Shown piece by piece: positions 63,268 to 64,000 of a stretch of 64,000 bases of DNA. The notes under the pieces are model-generated. The model did not search any database. It was not told the origin of the DNA and saw only the letters and a program-made list of their open reading frames with translations. Numbering within the stretch: position 1 is the stretch's first letter; the number at the start of each line of letters is the position of its first letter. The translations under genes were made by a program, and so were the position numbers. Source of the stretch: the human T2T-CHM13v2.0 reference genome, Homo sapiens; NCBI RefSeq assembly GCF_009914755.1, contig NC_060925.1. One strand, written 5' to 3'.

Positions 63268-64000
63268 GTAGGTTTGGTTTGGTTTGGTTTTCCCATGTAA
63301 TGGCTATTGTGTAGACATCACTAAAGTGTCCTCTGTAGTACAGAGAGCATTTTCCTTACCTGATTTTCTTGGTCAAAATAAGTTGATGATGGGGAAACTG
63401 GAGGTGTGCCAAAAGACTTGCATTCTTATTTTTTTAAACCAGGAAGCTCCATTCCTGAAGTATTCACAATGTTGTGAGAACTGTGGTAAAGTTAGACACT
63501 TCCGTGAATCAGAATAGCATCTGCAGCCACACTAGGATAGGATCAGTAATTGCCAGGGCTTCCTCGGGATTCGAGGCAGGGAGCCGATCATCAGCTGGGA
63601 ACCTAGCAGCATTGCCCTTCCTTGGTGTGTTATCACACAGGTAGGTGGCCTCCAGGAGTCTCACTTTCCTTTGTAGCACTGCTTGCTTTTCTTTGCCCCC
63701 AACTACCAAATTAGAGGAAGTATGGTACCAGCAGTAATTGTTCTTTTCAAATTAGTAAAATAGTAATTCTGAAGAAAAGCGTTATGGATATTTTTCATCT
63801 CTTTTTTCCCTTGTCACGTGATGGTATCTTCCCTGTTTTCTTTCATGGATGACTGCTGCTACCACAGGCCTGACAATCTCCCTTTTTTTCACCAGTGCTG
63901 CTATGCCCCATGCCTCACTTTTCTCTTTTAATACATTGTATTTATTAGACATTTCTTTTTGGTGGAAATACCATGGGTTTCAGTCAATTGAGAGAAAGTC

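Overview
This is human (or near-identical great-ape) genomic DNA, recognisable from recalled sequences as the 1q25.1 CENPL-DARS2-GAS5-ZBTB37 locus. It has two head-to-head CpG-island promoters: CENPL(-)/DARS2(+) at ~16.3-17.4 kb and GAS5(-)/ZBTB37(+) at ~60.0-61.0 kb. Gene content: the first coding exon and 5'UTR exons of CENPL; all 17 coding exons of mitochondrial aspartyl-tRNA synthetase DARS2 (1938 nt, 645 aa, all GT-AG, here with Glu at codon 338); the full 12-exon 5'TOP lncRNA GAS5 with ten intronic box C/D snoRNAs; and the BTB exon of ZBTB37. Repeats: a full-length L1PA with intact ORF1, a second L1 3' fragment, about 60 Alus, DNA-transposon relics, and retroposed Y1 RNA and U6 copies. 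Most of the window is a well-studied locus, and I see no clearly new multi-gene system. The best leads are: an extra C/D-box-like 76-nt element in GAS5 intron 6 with complementarity to the 18S/28S 5' ends; an L1 antisense promoter aimed at the CENPL start exon; overlapping bidirectional poly(A) signals at the GAS5 3' end; GAS5 exons that start with a regenerated donor; and the DARS2 allele states. Gene names, rRNA targets and reference alleles are from memory, not from database searches.
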